Shown here: positions 50,515-63,689 of the stretch, in pieces | How positions within the stretch are numbered: the stretch's first letter is position 1 | How the letters are laid out: the number at the start of each line of letters is the position of its first letter | Source: Callorhinchus milii | Lineage: Eukaryota | DNA length: 64,000 bases | Assembly: GCF_018977255.1 (NCBI RefSeq) | Contig: NW_024704755.1 | Location: 5,270,001-5,334,000, forward strand | Reading direction: 5' to 3' | Notes under the pieces: model-generated | What the model was told of the DNA's origin: nothing | The model's input: only the letters and a program-made list of their open reading frames with translations | Database searches by the model: none | Program-made: the position numbers and the translations under genes

Positions 50515-52364
50515 TTAATAGTCCTGCATTTACCACCCTTTATCAGATACTGTCTAAACCTGCCAAACTGAAGCACAATCAGTTTTTCTAAAGGCACAAA
50601 TAACTGTGCCAAGTGAGGCAAAGCAAATTATATTTAAATGGAGCAACGTCACTATCTTGCAACCACCCCTTAAAACAAATAGGAAAGAAATATCAGCACT
50701 ATTTAACATTGGTACAAAATAAATTGTAAACAAAAGTGCAAATAGTAATGCAAGAACAATCCTGTACCAGGAAGGTGGAAAACTATACTGACCCTTCCAA
50801 TTAAACTTAAAATAAAATCCCAAACAACCCATATACAGCAATTGTTTATATAGGCTTTCAGAGCGGTTTTAAAAAAAAATTTTTTTCTTTGTTCCAATAC
50901 AGTTTAAAACAAAACCATGAAAGCCTTCAAAAGAAAACTGTAATGTTGCTGTATTTCAGATATACCCACATATTGGTCTTGATCTGATTGTATTCTTGAT
51001 TGACTAAGTTTACTATTGTGTCAGTTCTTTGACAACATCTGTAAAAAGCAGAAACATGCATAACACCCAGCGTAAAGTTACAAGTTAATAAAATTTGAAG
51101 TTTAATAATTATCTAATTTTAGAATGCATTATATATTTTGCAGTAACTGGCCTGTCAGTTGGGAGATAATTCATCTACAGTAATTTGTATTCATAAGAAT
51201 AATGGGCTAAGAAGATGCAAAAACAATTCAGCCAAAAAACTTTTCCAATTAGTTTTCCCAGTCTCATGCACAGGGAATAAGGAAATTTAACTCAATAAGA
51301 ACACCTATGTTGTAGGATTCCAAAGGCTGGACAAATATACTAAAGTTCATGTATTCTAAAATTCAAAGTTTACTTTACATTGTCTACATTTACAATACAC
51401 ATAAGATGACTCCAACTACAGAACAATATACTGTATTTTGGTGCTGTGATTTTGTTTCAGTAACTAAGGATTTAAGTAAAAACTGACTATAGTTAACAGT
51501 AAAAGGGATACAGTATCAGTATATATAGTACTGGCATAGTTATGGTCAACTTTCCCCATACTTTTGATTGTCAGTAAATCACAGTAGTCCATCACACCAA
51601 CCAATAATTAAAAAAAAGTTGCTCTATGATTTTCCCATAGTGTTAATGGTATTCACATTTGACCGATCAGATTTTAAAAATAAAACCTCTAAATATACAC
51701 AACATGACATTTTAAACGGATGCAAAACTGCAGAAGGTATCTTTCATTCTCACAAATTCAGATGGTGTTCAATAAAACACCAAATATGATGATTTTAAGA
51801 AGATTACTCAACTAGAATAAAACCCAATTTTGCGTTTTTTTAAAAAAATTCCAAATCCTGCTTTGCCAACTAGGATTATCCCTTGAAGCAATCTGGTCCA
51901 AGTCTTTAGTCCAATACAGAATTGACACAGTACAGAGGAAGATGTTAGCATTAGGTTTGCAGCATGCTACATTCTTTTAAAGTGCAAAAAATAATTCAAT
52001 GATAAAGTGTGAAGAAATTTTTAGTACACTGTTCCAGTCAGTCAAGTTTCACAGAATAGAACAGATCAAAGATCCGTAAGAAGGGTCGGAACCACTGGCA
52101 TGTCACATTTGATTTTGAAAGGTTGATAAAGCTCATGTGCATCTGGTAACATTTAGTGTACGAGTTTACACCTACAAATTACATTAAATTGTTTCCTATC
52201 TGTTCCATTTATGCCTGTATCCTGACTTCTTGTATACACTGATCTCAACGGGGAAAGAGGGATGAAAGAAGGGAAGTTCTTGATGAATCTTAGAAGGTGT
52301 CAATGGCAAAAATAACTTAACTCACTCAAAATCCTATCATCTTGTATTCACCTCACAGACTTGG

Positions 52365-52923
52365 TCATGCAACGTGAAGTTGGAATGGGTTTATCTCGGG
52401 TGTTGAAGGGTTCTGGGAAATGTGAAGTGACAGACTGGGATCTAATTTCTGTAAGCGCCTCTTTATTCGTTTTGCTTCCCTCTCTCGTATAAGTCTTGCT
52501 TGCCGTTTTTCTGGCGTTTCATTCGCCCGCTTCATTCTCATGGCTTCCCGGTCACGCTGTAACCTCCTTGCCCTTTGCTCTTCACTTTCCTGCAATCTCT
52601 GAAGACGTTTAGCTTCACGATCTCGCAGCCTCCTCGTCTCCCTTTCGTCTGGCGTTTCATTCGCACGTTTTAGTCTTTTTGCTGTCCTCTCACGTTCAAG
52701 TCTTTGAAGACGTATGTGCAGGGGCTCATTCTGTCGACGGACCATCCATTTTTGTACTGAAGTCTCTTGTGCCTCCATCAGATTTCTATACGTTATACAT
52801 GTTTCACAGACAAACAGCATGCTGGCAGCCACGACAGAATTCCAGAAAGGTCCTGGTTCTTCAGGTACAGAGGCTCCTGGACAATTATGCTCAGGGTCAG
52901 GTTTTCCATCTGACAACTTCTCG
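52365..52923 (-). CDS. ZNF821: ZNF821 terminal coding exon (STPR domain)
   Basis: tttgcag|C acceptor; SEKL...; four 23-aa STPR repeats (NEPLHIRLQRLERERTAK / NETPDERETRR / QESEEQRARR / NETPEKRQARLIREREAKR). Confidence 0.94.
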
Positions 52924-53867
52924 CTGCAAATCCAAACACCTCAAATCAGTAAGAATGCAACATACAATTATACACCTTTAGGATTTTTATTTTTAACACA
53001 CAGAAATGAAACACACGTTAAAAAATTCTTCATTTTCTAGGTTCTAATAGGTCAGTGACACATTGCGAGTGTGCAACCAGAATACGACTGCCAAAATCAA
53101 ATCTCTCTCTTGATTGATATAACTCAATGACATCCCCCAACTTATTGAAGAGGTGGGGAGGAGGAAGTACAGAACTTCTGACGGAGGGGGGAGCACCATT
53201 CCCATATCTGAAGTTTAACGATAATAAAAATAATCCTAGCATTTGATAGAGTGCCATATTACATTGTCGAGACATCTCAGAGCACTTCACAGGATTTTAT
53301 TGTGAAGTGTAGAGACTGCATTTGTAGGAGAAAGTGACAGCCAATTTGTGAATAATGTTCCACACCAGTCATAAAATGAATTACTTTTTTTTAATTTTGT
53401 ACTGTCCAGTGAAAGTTTCATTTTTTTCTGACGAAAATTACAAGAAATGTACAGTAGCCCAAATTATTTGTTTTATGAAAGATTTTAATTTCTGTATTCA
53501 GAATCTGGCTGGCTACAAACAAAATGGACGAAATACTGTAAGCGTGAAATGTTAAACATGCCTGAAGATTAACTGAGAATGATTTCATAGAGTTTTTTTC
53601 TAGTTGGTGTATCTGGTGTGGCTGACTAAATCCTGCTGCTCTTCAATTGTCCATCCCTTCCTGTTTTGTCATTTGCATTGTTTACTTCTCCTAAGTCAAT
53701 AGGAATGGATTCCTAAAAGAAATACCGACTTTCTGCAACAGGCAATGAAAACAAAGTTAGTCTAAGGAAGAATCATAGAGAATATCTGGGTATTTTTCAA
53801 CACTGGTGCTACTGCAATTCTAATAGCTCTAAATCCTAATGAGTCACATTTTGGAAAGAGAACTGAC

Positions 53868-54031
53868 CTGTGTATGTGGCCCTCTGTTGTTAATGTTTGT
53901 CCACAAACAGCACAGTGATGGGGCTTCCTCCCTGGGCCAAGCGTTTGTTTATCCAGTGAACTAATGGAGTTCAATGTGCCCCCACAGATACTGCAGTTGA
54001 TCCCCTTAGTGCCTCTAATGTCTTGATGGTG
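53868..54031 (-). CDS. ZNF821: ZNF821 internal exon (degenerate zinc finger 2)
   Basis: tttctag acceptor, AG|GTCAGT donor; HHQDIRGTKGINCSICGGTLNSISSLDKQTLGPGRKPHHCAVCGQTLTTEGHIH; 164 nt, phases match neighbours. Confidence 0.88.
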
Positions 54032-54547
54032 CTAGAAACATCAGTGTTAAAACAGATTAGTTAAATTTGTTGTGAACTTTAGTACACATTTAAAGGTTAA
54101 GAATTTGTAGCCGGATATGCACATGGTCTATTTTTAGAAATGGAAGTAGTGCTATATAACATATACCCATACATATACATATAACCAGCGCTCTGTTAGC
54201 AGAATGCTGGATCATAAGGCCAGTATTTTAGTCATTCAACATTCAGAACTGTAAAGCTCAACACAGAAATGGCCACATCATTGTCTGATGTTGGTTGCTC
54301 ATCACATTTCAACGACAAAGCAAAGACACCCTGATTCAGAGGCCAGTAGTGATTTTTAAAAAAACAAATAAAACACAATTACAATTGTATACAGCCTATA
54401 CCTTCCACGCACATACATTGGCATATGGCCTTAGCATGTTCCTTAAGCGCCCTGGGATGCTAACCCGTGTAAAGGGTGCTTATATAAATGCAAGTTGTTA
54501 TTGTTAATAATTAAGTCAATAGGCCAGTCCCAATTGCACCTCTTTAC

Positions 54548-54646
54548 CTGCTGGATGTGTGTGGACAGTTCACATGTAGTTTCACAAGTCAACTCGCAAA
54601 GAGGACACTGATATCCAGTGGTATTTTCCTGCTGGTCTTCAGACTC
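54548..54646 (-). CDS. ZNF821: ZNF821 internal exon (C2H2 finger 1)
   Basis: ESEDQQENTTGYQCPLCELTCETTCELSTHIQQ|H; donor CAG|GTAAAG; 99 nt. Confidence 0.9.
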
Positions 54647-55113
54647 CTAGAAATTGTTTAAAAAGTTACTTTTGGAACTGGTTCATTGTCATTACCTACA
54701 ACTCAGAGCTGAGCAGTATTAATAGTGAAAAGCTTATTCCAATTCAAACCTTTTGCACTTTAATACCTATCAGTTGAGGGGCTTAGTGCCTCGATATTAG
54801 AAAATATTATATTTTCTATTTAATGAGTAAACTCTATTTAATGAGTAGACTTTAAAAGGCTAGAGGGAAGCAAAGTCAAAGATCCCTCTAAGTGAAATTA
54901 TTCACTGCCAATAATATATCAGATTTTAAAATGATCACTTGTGGTATCAAACAACAAAGATTGTAGTAAATGTGAAACTCTAAAAGGTACATCTTAGTCC
55001 CAGGCACACAATTTCAAAGGATATTCTGACTCCTTCAAAACTTTTGTGAAGTGAATTACAATTTTATAACAATACATTTCATACCCAAATCTGTGCATTC
55101 TGAAACAATTTAC

Positions 55114-55289
55114 CTGACTCTCCTCAGACTGAGAAAAATCACTGCTAGTCTCTGGACCCTTCATGTTATGACTGTCTATGCCTTCATTATTGTCAGCTGG
55201 CATAAACGTACTGCTGGGTGAAAGATTGCCTTCAGGCTCTTTAGGAAACGATTCGTGTTCTGAATATTGTGTTGAGTCACCACAATTCT
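55114..55289 (-). CDS. ZNF821: ZNF821 probable internal exon (Ser/acidic region)
   Basis: ttttttag acceptor, CAG|GTAAAT donor; open S/E-rich frame, phase 1 to phase 0. Confidence 0.75.
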
Positions 55290-57340
55290 CTAAAAAAACG
55301 AATGTAATATATATGATAAGAAACAAATGCAGTGCTAAGATGATATTGGTCAAGATATGTTTGACCTATAGCATCAAGATCTAAAGTATGGGTATACAAG
55401 TTTTACATCTCTGCTGAAAATGGCAAAGTTACTATATTAAATTAACAATTTCTATTTTATGAATACTGACCAATGGTAATGCACAAGAAACAAATGTTCT
55501 GTTTTGGTTATTCTAAAAACACTTAAATAGCCAGTTTAAACTAAATTATGTCAATTGTCTCTCTCATGCAGCTCAAAACATGTAGGTGATAATCACATGA
55601 TTGTTCGAACACTGGAACAGCAATTACATTTAAAAGTCAACTGGGTTTATTTCTACATATAATTAACAGCAACAATGTACTCCTTCATACAGGAGCACAA
55701 TAATCCACAGTACTGTCTGTCTGCAGATGGCAAGACTGCCACATACTCAGCAATTTATATACAATGCTCAAACTTCAAAGATTAGATTCATAAAGCTTCA
55801 GTTTTCAAAATATTTCAATTTGTTTGTTTACCAGGTCGTCAATATGAATGTAGTAAAATACTGCAATTCCAAATTTTACGAACTGCTGAAGCTATAAACA
55901 GTTAATTGTATTATCTGGTGACAGGTACTTCTACAGAATGTTTTAAACTTCATTTTAGTTACTTTCCCCCTCAGAGTGCTGACTTGTACTAAGATGTGGT
56001 TCCAACGGGTCAAGAAGCTTTACAGTGCCAAGCTGCAATTTTTAGTGTGTGTGCAGTATAACTTGGCAGGCACTACAACCATGGGGAAAGGCATCCTGTT
56101 CTTACTAGAGTTGTTTCCAACAGAGGGGATAGTATAGATAAGATCTGAGGCTTAACCCCTCCAAACCTCAACGTAATGTTGATATTGTGTGACCCACCAG
56201 GGCACGGTAAAGGAAAGAACATTTCTAAAGACCAATACTGATGTCTAACTAACCTTTTCTGGTCAGTCACAAAGTAAACATTAAAATAATGTTAACTGGA
56301 AAACAAACAACTTTGTGGAATCATTGTGTTATTAAAAAGTACTCATGACATTTTAACAACTGTAGTTGAATCATTACAATTCGCTTCAATGTTCTGTGCA
56401 TGGAAACAAAATGCTATGCATTTGTCTCTTATTCTCTTCACCTTTCCTCCCACTGACTCAGTAGTGTAAGATGTCCGTCTGTGAATCAAAGATACCATCA
56501 GTCTGTCCGGATGGGCGCGTCTGCTCTTGCTTTTGCTCTCTGAATCATTACAACCTGATCTTCTCTCATACTCTCAATCTAATATTGTACAACCTCACTC
56601 TGGGTTGTCCGTTCAGTTCCTTTATTCTAGTTGCTATTGCCCATTAGGCAATCTTCTAAAGTCTATGCAGTTTTTGGAAATTTCCTGAATTTGTTTGTGG
56701 AAGTAGTTCTTGCATTTTCAGTGAAATCTCTTGTATGCTTTGAATGAATCCATTCTCCAATAAAAAAAACTCTTCCATTATTAGAGATTTTATCTCAACA
56801 ATGTTTCCAAAGGAGTTAATGCCGTTTATTGCCCAGCTATTCCAGATGATAACCTTAGCACGTCCTGCATTGGCTTCAGTTGATATCAAGCACTTCATAG
56901 AGAGGTCAGTTTATAATCATTCCCACCAAAATTTTGCCCTTTGATTTTTCACTCTCCTTGATCCTTTTCCTGACAGCCCAGTGAGATCATACAAATGGCA
57001 ACTAGTTAGACAGCATCATTGCTAGGAATTAGTCAACTGCTTGTCCCGTTGCCCTTGTTCAAGGGGAAGAAGAGAAATAATTTACAGAGTTCAATTGCAG
57101 AATTTTCACTAGCTCCTTGATTAAAAAAAAACCTTTCTGAGCAGCCACAGAATACTTCTATTTCACGGAGTTAAAAGGCCACATCAGTGATAGAATCGTG
57201 TTATTCATTTCTTCATATCGGGATACAGCACTTTTAAATTACTTAAGATATAATCATAAACTGCTTTTTAAAGCTTAATATCAAATACTAATGCAGAAAA
57301 ATATTGCACTATCACTCTACTTGACTTTTAGAGTGAAACA

Positions 57341-57489
57341 CAGTAAATTCCTGATAACTTATCACTCCCAAGTGGAAAGGGCTTGGTGACGAGTTATTCG
57401 GAGTTATAAGTTAGGCATATGTATAAATACATAAAATAATGCTGTCAGGATATTAAGAGTGGTAGCAACGAGTTGTCAGAGGTTTGTTG
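57341..57489. mobile_element. Second, more decayed copy of the same MITE in opposite orientation
   Basis: Aligns by eye to the reverse complement of 47698-47876 (CAGTAAATTCCTGATAACT...GACGAGTTATTC...GTTAGGCATA). Confidence 0.75.
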
Positions 57490-59743
57490 TATTTGATAAT
57501 TCATTGTTCCACCTAAATTACAATAAATTATACTTTTTGGTCTGGAAGCATCATACCCGTTGTCAATACCAGATTTAGTAGTGACAACTGAGTTGCTAAT
57601 ATTTGAAGATAGAACACACAAGCAACACTTAGAGGCAAGAGTACTTTTCAACTCAAGACTCCTCTCAAATTGATCTATCACAATACCTTATCTTCTATTA
57701 GATGTATGTTTTCTCTCAATGTTACACAAAAAAACTAAGGGGCAGAAAAATCAATATAAAAGCAATTTACTGTACAAACCAAGCATTGAATTTCAACCTA
57801 AAACATTCTCTGAGATACTATTTCTTTTCTATACTATACTCTTTTGTTTTACCTTTTCTGAGCTTTTCACTGGGGAGCATTACAAGAATCCCCATCTTCC
57901 TCCCATTACTGTCACCAAATGACTGCCAAGTTTTCACAGCTCTGCATCATACAACAGGAAGAGTGTGTTTTAACCACATTATGAAGCTAGAATCAGGTAT
58001 AATCAGAAATATATTGACAAAAATATGCTTTATAGACCTATAATACTAATTTATATAGTCTGACGCAAAGCACATCTATTTGAGAAAACACCAAGGAAAT
58101 AAAATGCATTAATATTCCTTAAATAGAAGACGTAAATTGAATTATAAGTATTCTTATTAAAATAACTTTAATGGGTTTATATTATTGAAATGTAAAACAA
58201 GGAGACACAATCTCAAACTCAAAAGAAGCAGTGAACAGACAGTTCAGAGTTACAGAGAAGCAAATACTGTATATGGAATAGACAACCACAATCCAGCTTT
58301 TAACCAAACAAAATTGTAGAATACAATACAAGTAGGATTATTTAGTTTTTTTAAAAATAAAAATAACTCCTGCTCCTGTATATTCCTACATTCCTAAACA
58401 CCCTTTCTCAATATGTTCTGTACAATTTATTTCCCATTCACACTATATAAGCTTTCATTTTTCTCCTATTCTTTTTCCATCTGTCTCTCACTCCTTATCT
58501 ACCTTGCTTGTCCTCTCTACCCATCTGTCAATATCTCTGGTCTCCATTTACCAGGAAAGGACTGCAGCGCAACAGAATCTAGCTTATACTTTTTGAATGT
58601 ACATACACAGAATAGAGCTGGGATATGCAGAAAACTTAATTTAGAAAAGCATCAATTGAAGAAAAATAACATTGAAGTTATACAAGAGCTGTCAAGGCTC
58701 AATCATTTGGATCGGGATCGATTCTGTTTACAAATATAACCCAATGCAATAGATCTCACAACTTCATGTGCCTAAAATAGAGCTACAGTCAGCCCCCCTT
58801 GCTTTCGCATTATAATAATAAATAATCCTTGCAGTTGAATATAGCACCTTATCACGCCTCCGAGCCGTCTCAAAGCGCTTCACAGAATGAACTGTAAAGT
58901 AAATTGACTGTATATTTTGTGGGCGAAATGCATAGATCCAATTCCGAGCATTTACCAGATGGCGATAGTTCTACTTCATTTATTCTTAAAGCAATTATTT
59001 TCTTTTTTTTCCCCCCCCTTAAAAAAAAACACTCAAGCCCTATGAAAACGATGTCTGAAATCCCTGCCTTGCGGCCCGCATTTTACCCCCGGTCCACATC
59101 TTGCTCTATTCTTCACCTTCCCCCCCCCACCCCCCATCACCACCATCTGCCAGTCTGGATCTCTGCTCTCTTTCCCTCCCTCCCTCACTCCCTCCCTCCC
59201 TCCCTCACTCCCTCCCTCACTCGCACGCCATTCCCAAGCCATCTGCCCAATGCATTGTTTAATCTGTGCAGTGCCTTTTGCTTTAGTCCATGTTGTTCGA
59301 TTTCCTCAATCTTCTCTCCCCCCCCATCACCACTCCCCCCCCCCCCCACCCCACCCCCCCCAGGCCTCACCTTCTCTGGTCCTGCCAACCCTCCCATGTC
59401 CGTTGCACTGCCCCGGTATGTCATGGAGCAAAAATAAATCTATTCATTCTTATAAAGTATAAGTGATTTCTCCTCCCAGTTCCTCCTCCTCCTCCAGGAC
59501 CCAAGTGAGAGGGCGAAGGGCAGAAACCCGAACCCTTTTCCTAATGGAAGTGGCGGTGGTGGCGGCCCCTCTTTCCTGAAGGCCCCCCCCCCATCCTGGG
59601 GCCGACTCCCACCGCCAGTCCGTGTTCGCTCGGGAGCCGTGTCCTGTGGCTGAAACCCAGTCCGGTCCCTTGTCGGCGGGACCCTGGACTACCCCCCCAC
59701 CTCCCACCACTCCCCCCTCTTCGTGGAGGGGGGGGATACTCAC

Positions 59744-59875
59744 ACTCTGCTCTCGGGTCGGGAGTGAACGGTTGGCCCGGGCCCCGCGATGGACTCCCCG
59801 CCTCCGGCAGCCCGCAAGATGGCGCGGCCCACGTGACCCAACCCGTCTCCTAGTGACGTGATCGCTTAGCAACCG
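59744..59875 (-). promoter_or_regulatory. ZNF821: Probable ZNF821 first exon and CpG-island promoter
   Basis: Minus-strand donor GTGAGT at 59743; YY1-like CAAGATGGCG 59815, E-box CCACGTGACC 59829, CRE-like GTGACGTGA 59853; a second donor AAG|GTGAGG at 59370. Confidence 0.55.
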
Positions 59876-60103
59876 TCCTGCATCCCGGAGCTGCGCCCTT
59901 CCCCATCGGTGCGGTGCGGTGCGGTGCAACCCTCTCCTCCTCCCCCCACTTGCGGCCCTGCGGACCCCGGGGTTGGGGGGGGCATCCGCTGCTCCCCGAA
60001 GCGGTCCAAAGAAACCCCAAGTGCCTCCCCCTCGCCCGGCCGCTGTTCCGCCAGTGCAGGTCCATTGGCATTCATCCCAAAGTCAAAACTTATGCTCGGC
60101 GTC

Positions 60104-60334
60104 NNNNNNNNNNNNNNNNNNNNNNNNNNNNNNNNNNNNNNNNNNNNNNNNNNNNNNNNNNNNNNNNNNNNNNNNNNNNNNNNNNNNNNNNNNNNNNNNN
60201 NNNNNNNNNNNNNNNNNNNNNNNNNNNNNNNNNNNNNNNNNNNNNNNNNNNNNNNNNNNNNNNNNNNNNNNNNNNNNNNNNNNNNNNNNNNNNNNNNNNN
60301 NNNNNNNNNNNNNNNNNNNNNNNNNNNNNNNNNN
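60104..60334. other. Assembly gap (231 N)
   Basis: Run of N. Confidence 1.
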
Positions 60335-60944
60335 CCTTGCGTGAGAAGCTAACTCGGCACTTCCCTTCAACCAGTCGAGGTCACCATTTCCCTGTGGCAG
60401 CACTGCAGTCAGAATTGGGGGTAACAGTGCACCATTTTCTGTACTAACTCTGTGCATGACGGGGAGATGATTCCTCACAGAACGTCATCGAACAGCAGTA
60501 TATAATATTTATATCTATATATATATATCTAAACACAACCAATCGTTCTGACAGCGTCGAACCCGGTAGTAAACACTCGATTCTAACTGAACATATTCCA
60601 GACAAAGACTTCGCCAAAACAGTCTCGAGTTTCCAATCCAATGTGTGTGTTCACCTGACTCGGTTGGCAGCGCTCTCGCCCCTTTTGAGTCATTCGTTCT
60701 CCTCATCCGTTTCGTGGCTGTTCGTCGTGAGTCATTGCTCTGAGTGACTGATCTGTCACATTAACAATACACACGAACCTGACAAAAGCTCATGTTTCGA
60801 GTCAAATGTCCTGGAAAATAAAACGAGTCCCATCTCCTAAAACTGACATTTCTTTCGGTAATCAACGGTGTGGCCATCAATTCACGCAGATCAAACGTTA
60901 CAGCTTCGAGTCACACGCTGTGTGGGGGTTATCTGATCTCAGCT

Positions 60945-60975
<31 letters not shown>

Positions 60976-61054
60976 GGGCTGGTGGGTCTCCGTAGACAGA
61001 AAAAGAAGACCTCAGCAAAAAAAAGTCAACCCTTTCATTGGAGCGTGAGAGAGA

Positions 61055-61435
61055 GTGGGGGGTGTGGGGGTGTGGGGGTGGAGGGGGATGTGTGAGGGGG
61101 TGTGTGGGGGTGCGTGTGGGGTGTGGGGTGTGGGGGGTGTGGGGGGAGGTGTGTGGGGGTGTGTGGGGGGGTGGGTGGGGGGGGGGTGGGGTGGGGTGTG
61201 TGTGAGTGTGTGTGGGTGTGTGGGGTGGGGTGTGTGTGGGTGGTGGGCTGTGGGTGTGTGGGGGTGTGTGTGTGGGGTGGGGTGTGTGGGTGGGGGGGGT
61301 GGGGTGTGTGTGGGTGTGTGTGGGTGTGGGGGGGGTGTGGGGGTGGGTGTGGGGTGGGGTGTGTGTGTGGGGTGGGGTGTGTGGGGGGGGGGGTGTGTGG
61401 GTGGGGTGTGTTTGGGTGTGGGGGGGGGAGGGGGA
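61055..61435. repeat. G/T-only low-complexity tract (GGGGTGT-like units)
   Basis: About 380 nt composed almost only of G and T. Confidence 0.95.
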
Positions 61436-61439
61436 AGGG

Positions 61440-61582
61440 AAGGGACATATTACAGCTGCGGAGGAACGAGAACCAGAGGCGGTGGGGCACAGGTTGGGAC
61501 TTGGCGCATGCGCAGGGCCGGCGGGGGGCGCAGTGCGGACGCGATAGGGCGTGACGCCGGTCTCCATCCTCGAGGGCGGGCA
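61440..61582 (+). promoter_or_regulatory. APRT CpG-island promoter
   Basis: NRF1 palindrome GCGCATGCGC 61504-61513, GC boxes, TGACG half-site. Confidence 0.65.
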
Positions 61583-61668
61583 ATGGCGAGCAGAGAGGAG
61601 AAGGTCCAGTTACTGCGCTGCAAGATGAGAACTTACCCGGACTTCCCCAAACCGGGGGTCACTTTTCA
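61583..61668 (+). CDS. APRT: Adenine phosphoribosyltransferase exon 1
   Basis: MASREEKVQLLRCKMRTYPDFPKPGVTF (PDFPxPGVxF signature); donor CA|GTGAGT, phase 2. Confidence 0.93.
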
Positions 61669-62189
61669 GTGAGTTCTGCTATTGTCATTTCTCCTCCTGG
61701 TGACCGAAGGGAACGTGGGGGGAGAGGAGGGCGGGAAGAAGAGGCGCAGATCGATGAGAGCCGAAGGCCCCGGACAGAATGTTCTGGAAGAGAGCTTTGT
61801 TCACGAGGCGCGGGTTTTCACTCACAGCCGTTCGTGGGGCCGCTCCCCCTCACCCCCCACCCCCCCCACCCCCCGCCTTCTTTTTTTTATTATTTTTATT
61901 TTGTTTTATTTTATTTGGCGTCCGCACGTGTGCCCCGGAGCCGCGGCGGTCGGAATTGAACTGACAGCCACGGTTCCCGACAGCCCGAGTCTCGCGCACA
62001 GATAAAGTCCTCTCGATGGCTGAGCGACTGGAACTGCACGACCGCGTGACCTCCCGACTGGTCACGGAAACGTGGAAGGTTCAGGACAGAAGTGTCCTCC
62101 TGACAGAAATGACCCTCAACCTAACGGAACGTGTCCCGTCTCCAATCCCCCTCCAGACCCCCCCCCCCCCGAAGGTCGCTATACTGCAC

Positions 62190-62468
62190 AACAACAACCA
62201 CAACAACAACAAGATTGCATTTTATAGAGTCGCCTTTCACGTCGGGAGGACGTCCCGAGGCGCTGGGCAGTTGGGTCGGGACCCGAGCATTGGGGGGGGG
62301 GGATGGTCAAGGGGGAGGGGAGGGGAGGGAAGGGAGGGAGCGAGGAGGGGGTAGAGAGTCGAGAGGGGAGCTGAAGGCACGGTCGAAGAGAAAGGTCTTG
62401 AGACCGGCCTTGAAGGAGGAAAGGGAGGAAGCGAAGGCGAAGGCACTGGGGGATGGAGTTCCAGAGCC
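62190..62468 (-). mobile_element. 3' end of the same L2-clade LINE in APRT intron 1
   Basis: Near-identical to 14039-14290 in reverse orientation. Confidence 0.82.
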
Positions 62469-63214
62469 AATGCAAATAAATGCAAGTTGCTGCTGCTGCT
62501 GCTGCTGTTGTCTGCTTTCGTGATGTGGATTGCGCAACCCACACTCTTAAAACCTCTCGTCTTCTAACGAAAACTCCGACTTGCTCTTGATTTCTACCAT
62601 TAGTCTGGTAGCGTAATTCGTGCTTTCACCCGGTACAGTAAAGGCAAAGGAGCTGAGCGGTGGAATAGAAGAATATAATGAGATGTACACACGAATCCCA
62701 ACCCTTCCTCCCGAGCGGTGCGGCGGTCTGTCAGTTTGGAGGCTGTTTTCTTCTCCGAAAAGTGTGCCTTGTGGGCTCCAGAAGTCTGAAGCCAAATTCT
62801 TTTTGTTCACTTTGGGAAAGCTTTAATAGTCATATCAATTAAACGTGGACAAGAATGAAGAATGAAGTTCCTGCTACTGTCACTTTCTTTCTGCCTCTAC
62901 TTCGTCAGCGCCTTGGGACGTCCTCCCGACGTGAAAGGCGCCGTATAAATGTAATCTTGTTACTGTTGTCAATCTTCCCGGCCTCTCATTCAAACTCATT
63001 GAACAATTCTGCAATCACAATGTTCGATTCAATCCTCCGCTTTCTTTCCTCTCTTGTTCCAGACCCTGACCAAGACTGCTTCATGCATCTTTACCATGTC
63101 ATCTGGCTTCATCCCTGTTCCATGTCATTGCTGCTGAAACCGTCATTCCAACCTATATTACACCTTGGGATGTCCTCCTGAGTGAAAGGCACTTTACAAA
63201 TGTAATTTTGTATT

Positions 63215-63600
63215 ATATTACCTCCAGACTCCACCTCCTCACCAGCCTCCTCAGTTCTACAAGTTCCAGCTCATTCAAAACTCTACCGCCCATATTCTTA
63301 CCAGATACAATTTTTTACCATGCTCTCCAGGCTTCACTAGCTCCCTGTCTCACATCCGATCGATTTCAAGATCTTTACTTTTGCCTACAAATCTCTTCAT
63401 TCCCCAGCACCTCCCTACCCAAAATATTCTCCATCCTCCCTCTTATGTTTACCTCCTCTGCTCGGAAAACTCATGCTTCTGCACATCCTCCACCCCAGCA
63501 CTGGCAGCTGAACCTTGAAGCCACCTTTCCCCCATCTCCGGGACCTCTTGTTTAGCCCTCTATCTTCAAAAACTGCCATAAATCCAATCTACCTTCCCCT
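63215..63600 (+). mobile_element. Degenerate L2 ORF2 fragment
   Basis: Segment translating to KFQLIQNSTAHIL resembles the L2 LQLIQNAAARL motif; frame broken. Confidence 0.55.
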
Positions 63601-63689
63601 CTTCAACCCCCGCTCCCCCATGTCGGTGTCTGTCCGGCTTTTGAGCCTCTCGTATTTCATTACTCCTGGCTTATTTCTGTATATTTCAG

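Noticed and set aside
55816-55839. RPGKQTN as the ZNF821 N-terminal motif
   Set aside because: Flanked by stops on both sides with no ATG or usable donor in frame
59909-60478. ORFs containing X runs
   Set aside because: They span the assembly gap
60929-61582. Gly/Val/Cys-rich and Pro/His/Thr-rich ORFs, including an apparent N-terminal extension of APRT
   Set aside because: Artefact of the G/T tract; the APRT ATG at 61583 has a good context
2271-63205. Recurrent palindromic 36-nt motif as a CRISPR-like repeat
   Set aside because: Dispersed on both strands, always at retroposon 3' ends, with no regular spacers, in a vertebrate genome
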